This document shows, one piece after another, positions 16,521 through 18,280 of a stretch of 18,280 bases of DNA. The stretch comes from a virus (taxonomy: Duplodnaviria > Heunggongvirae > Uroviricota > Caudoviricetes), in IMG/VR virus record IMGVR_UViG_3300010261_000182, one strand, 5' to 3'. The notes beneath the pieces were generated by a model, which had not been told where the DNA came from, made no database searches, and saw only the letters and a program-made list of their open reading frames with translations. A program made the position numbers and the translations under genes. Positions within the stretch are counted from its first letter, which is position 1. Every line of letters starts with the position of its first letter.

Positions 16521-17644
16521 CCTTTGATATTAACCAACCCATGCAGAACCTGATCCAGACCGCCAAATACAGAGATGTTATCGATCCGCTCAGCCACTCT
16601 CTCCAGCGTTTCCAGTTCTTTTAAGCGTAACGCCACCGGGTTGTTTTCCATGACTTTAGCGGTATTGAGTAACGAACGTGTCGCTGCCGTTTCTTCACGC
16701 CGACGAATCACATTCGCCTGCGCAGATTTCTCTGCCTCAACCAGCTGCGCGAGGATATTTTTCATATCACCAGGCAGGACGATATCTTTCACCCCTAATG
16801 AGGCAATCTCCATACCAAATGGCAACATACGCGATTTAACCTGTTCGCTGACAACGTCATCAATGACCTGTTTATCTTCCAGCAACTCATCCAGCGTACG
16901 CGTACCTACCGCTTCACGCAGTGCAAATTGCAATTCCCGATACAAATGATCAATCGGCTTCGTTAACTGACTAAATGCCAATAACACGTCGCTGTAGCGC
17001 CAGTTGGCGGCGAGGTTAATCCGCAGATTGACCTTATCTTTCGTTAAGATTTCTTGCCCGCTGACTTCCAGTACCTGCAAGCGGGTGTCAACCACTTCAG
17101 CTTCAACCAGATGGTTAATTTTCCAGTACGCAGTCAGTCCCGGCGGTAACAGCGCCTGCGTTTTACCATCGATTTTCAGTACACCTACGTGCCAGGCCGG
17201 AACCTGCACCGTCAGTATCGCATCGCGGCCTTTAACTGCCCCTTTGCGCCGTGGCTGCAATACCGCATTCATCACCTCCGTTTGAACCTGGACTTGCTGC
17301 GTATTCATCCGCACAAGCGTCAAATCATCCTCTACACGCCAGTACAAACGACGCGTTGATGGCGGCAGGATCTCCAGCAAAATACCGTCCATATACAACG
17401 CCCCGGCTTCAGTCTCCGACAAGTCGGCCACCACGCAATATCTTTCCACCCACTCTGGCTGAAAGCGACGCAAATAATCCGCCAGCACGTCGGGAACTTC
17501 GCTGCCATCGAGCGTAATCAGCAAGACTTCTGGCGTATTTAACCAGGGTAAAAGATGCTCGCCTGCATGCAGCACTTTGTAGTAATCGCCATTTCTGGAG
17601 AGTAATGCCAGCTGATCTTTTCTTACGCTTATTTTCTTAATCAT
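16517..17644 (-). CDS. SPFH/band-7 (stomatin-prohibitin-flotillin-HflK/C) domain protein
   Basis: 375-aa ORF with AAGGA SD. The C-terminal ~220 aa (VQVPAWHVGVLKIDGKTQALLPPGL...DIVLPGDM...AEKSAQANVIRRREE...) has typical band-7 features. No N-terminal transmembrane helix is evident. Confidence 0.7.
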   Translation of the reverse strand: MIKKISVRKDQLALLSRNGDYYKVLHAGEHLLPWLNTPEVLLITLDGSEVPDVLADYLRRFQPEWVERYCVVADLSETEAGALYMDGILLEILPPSTRRLYWRVEDDLTLVRMNTQQVQVQTEVMNAVLQPRRKGAVKGRDAILTVQVPAWHVGVLKIDGKTQALLPPGLTAYWKINHLVEAEVVDTRLQVLEVSGQEILTKDKVNLRINLAANWRYSDVLLAFSQLTKPIDHLYRELQFALREAVGTRTLDELLEDKQVIDDVVSEQVKSRMLPFGMEIASLGVKDIVLPGDMKNILAQLVEAEKSAQANVIRRREETAATRSLLNTAKVMENNPVALRLKELETLERVAERIDNISVFGGLDQVLHGLVNIKG

Positions 17645-18172
17645 TATCTATTCCTTGCTTAACAGCCGTCGCGGAAGCAGATACGAAGCGACAGGGGAAT
17701 TCCCTTTTGCCTGTTACCCGGCGTCTTTATCGGCGACGTTATCGGGGATCGCTGACTGCGCAATCCCTCATTTTTTATTTAATAAGTTACAACCAGTATT
17801 CATTTCAGGAATGAATGCGGGAATCGAGCCCGTAATTGGCGTCAAAGGCTGACGGAACACGCCCGGAAAACAGCCAGGCCGTTCCTGGTGTGCCGACGGG
17901 GTTTAATCCCCTTTGAAATTCAGTATCAACGCAAAAGTGTTATTGCGAGAAGCGTGCCAGAATTGAGAAAAACCATTAACAAAATGAAAAATAAAGAGTT
18001 AATAAATTACTGTTGTTTGTAGAGGGAAAACTTTTTGCTAAATTTTTATCTGTATTTATCGTCAATTATCAAGAAAGATAGATATTTAAGAAGGGAACAA
18101 AGGAATATTATCAGTTCTGCTTGCAAATGAATTCCCGTACACTGAATCCATCAGCTAACTGAGGGCACCATC

Positions 18173-18280
18173 ATGGCACTCCCCCGTATTACCCAAAAAG
18201 AGATGACTGAACGCGAGCAGCGTGAACTTAAAACACTGCTGGATCGGGCGCGGATTGCGCATGGTCGCGTACTGACCAAC
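18173..18280 (+). CDS. Hypothetical protein, 5' fragment (runs off window)
   Basis: ATG at 18173 with GAGGG SD 7 nt upstream. The open frame MALPRITQKEMTEREQRELKTLLDRARIAHGRVLTN continues to the window end. Family not recognised. Confidence 0.4.
   Translation, partial: MALPRITQKEMTEREQRELKTLLDRARIAHGRVLTN

Noticed and set aside
15968-17517. Plus-strand ORFs of 60-124 aa antisense to the NTase and SPFH genes
   Set aside because: Frame-shadow ORFs; they are Ser/Ala/Arg/Thr-rich, as expected for the complement of the coding sequence.
17655-17852. 65-aa + strand ORF in the intergenic region upstream of the SPFH gene
   Set aside because: No SD and no recognisable features. It is more likely the promoter/leader region of the minus-strand operon.
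17880-17935. tRNA-like T-arm (GGGGTTTAATCCCC) as a possible integration site
   Set aside because: It does not fit the GGTTCGAATCC T-loop consensus and no acceptor or anticodon arms could be assembled. No tRNA, rRNA or CRISPR array was identified anywhere in the window.

Overview
The window is dominated by a phage-derived cluster on the + strand. A divergent Mor/C-family activator gene (1-348, minus) faces an AT-rich control region carrying a near-consensus LexA (SOS) box. Downstream lie a three-gene lysis cassette (small membrane protein, SLT-domain lytic transglycosylase with a signal-peptide-like N-terminus, Rz-like protein) and an intrinsic terminator. An uninterrupted Mu/P2-type contractile tail module follows: sheath, tube, chaperone with a possible frameshift extension, tape measure, gpU/N-like, gpX-like, gpD-like hub, gpV-like spike, gpW/J/I baseplate proteins, a repeat-rich tail fiber with HxH motifs, and a fiber chaperone. 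No capsid, portal, terminase, integrase or transposase gene is present in the window, so the locus reads as a headless, probably SOS-controlled tail-plus-lysis element (tailocin candidate or prophage remnant). Past the tail fiber chaperone sit a co-transcribed 146-aa gene (possible permuted papain-like enzyme) and a convergent, translationally coupled two-gene operon encoding an SPFH/band-7 protein and a Pol-beta-type nucleotidyltransferase. That operon is my best candidate for an undescribed system. All functional calls rest on remembered family resemblance, motif inspection and gene order; no database search was run.
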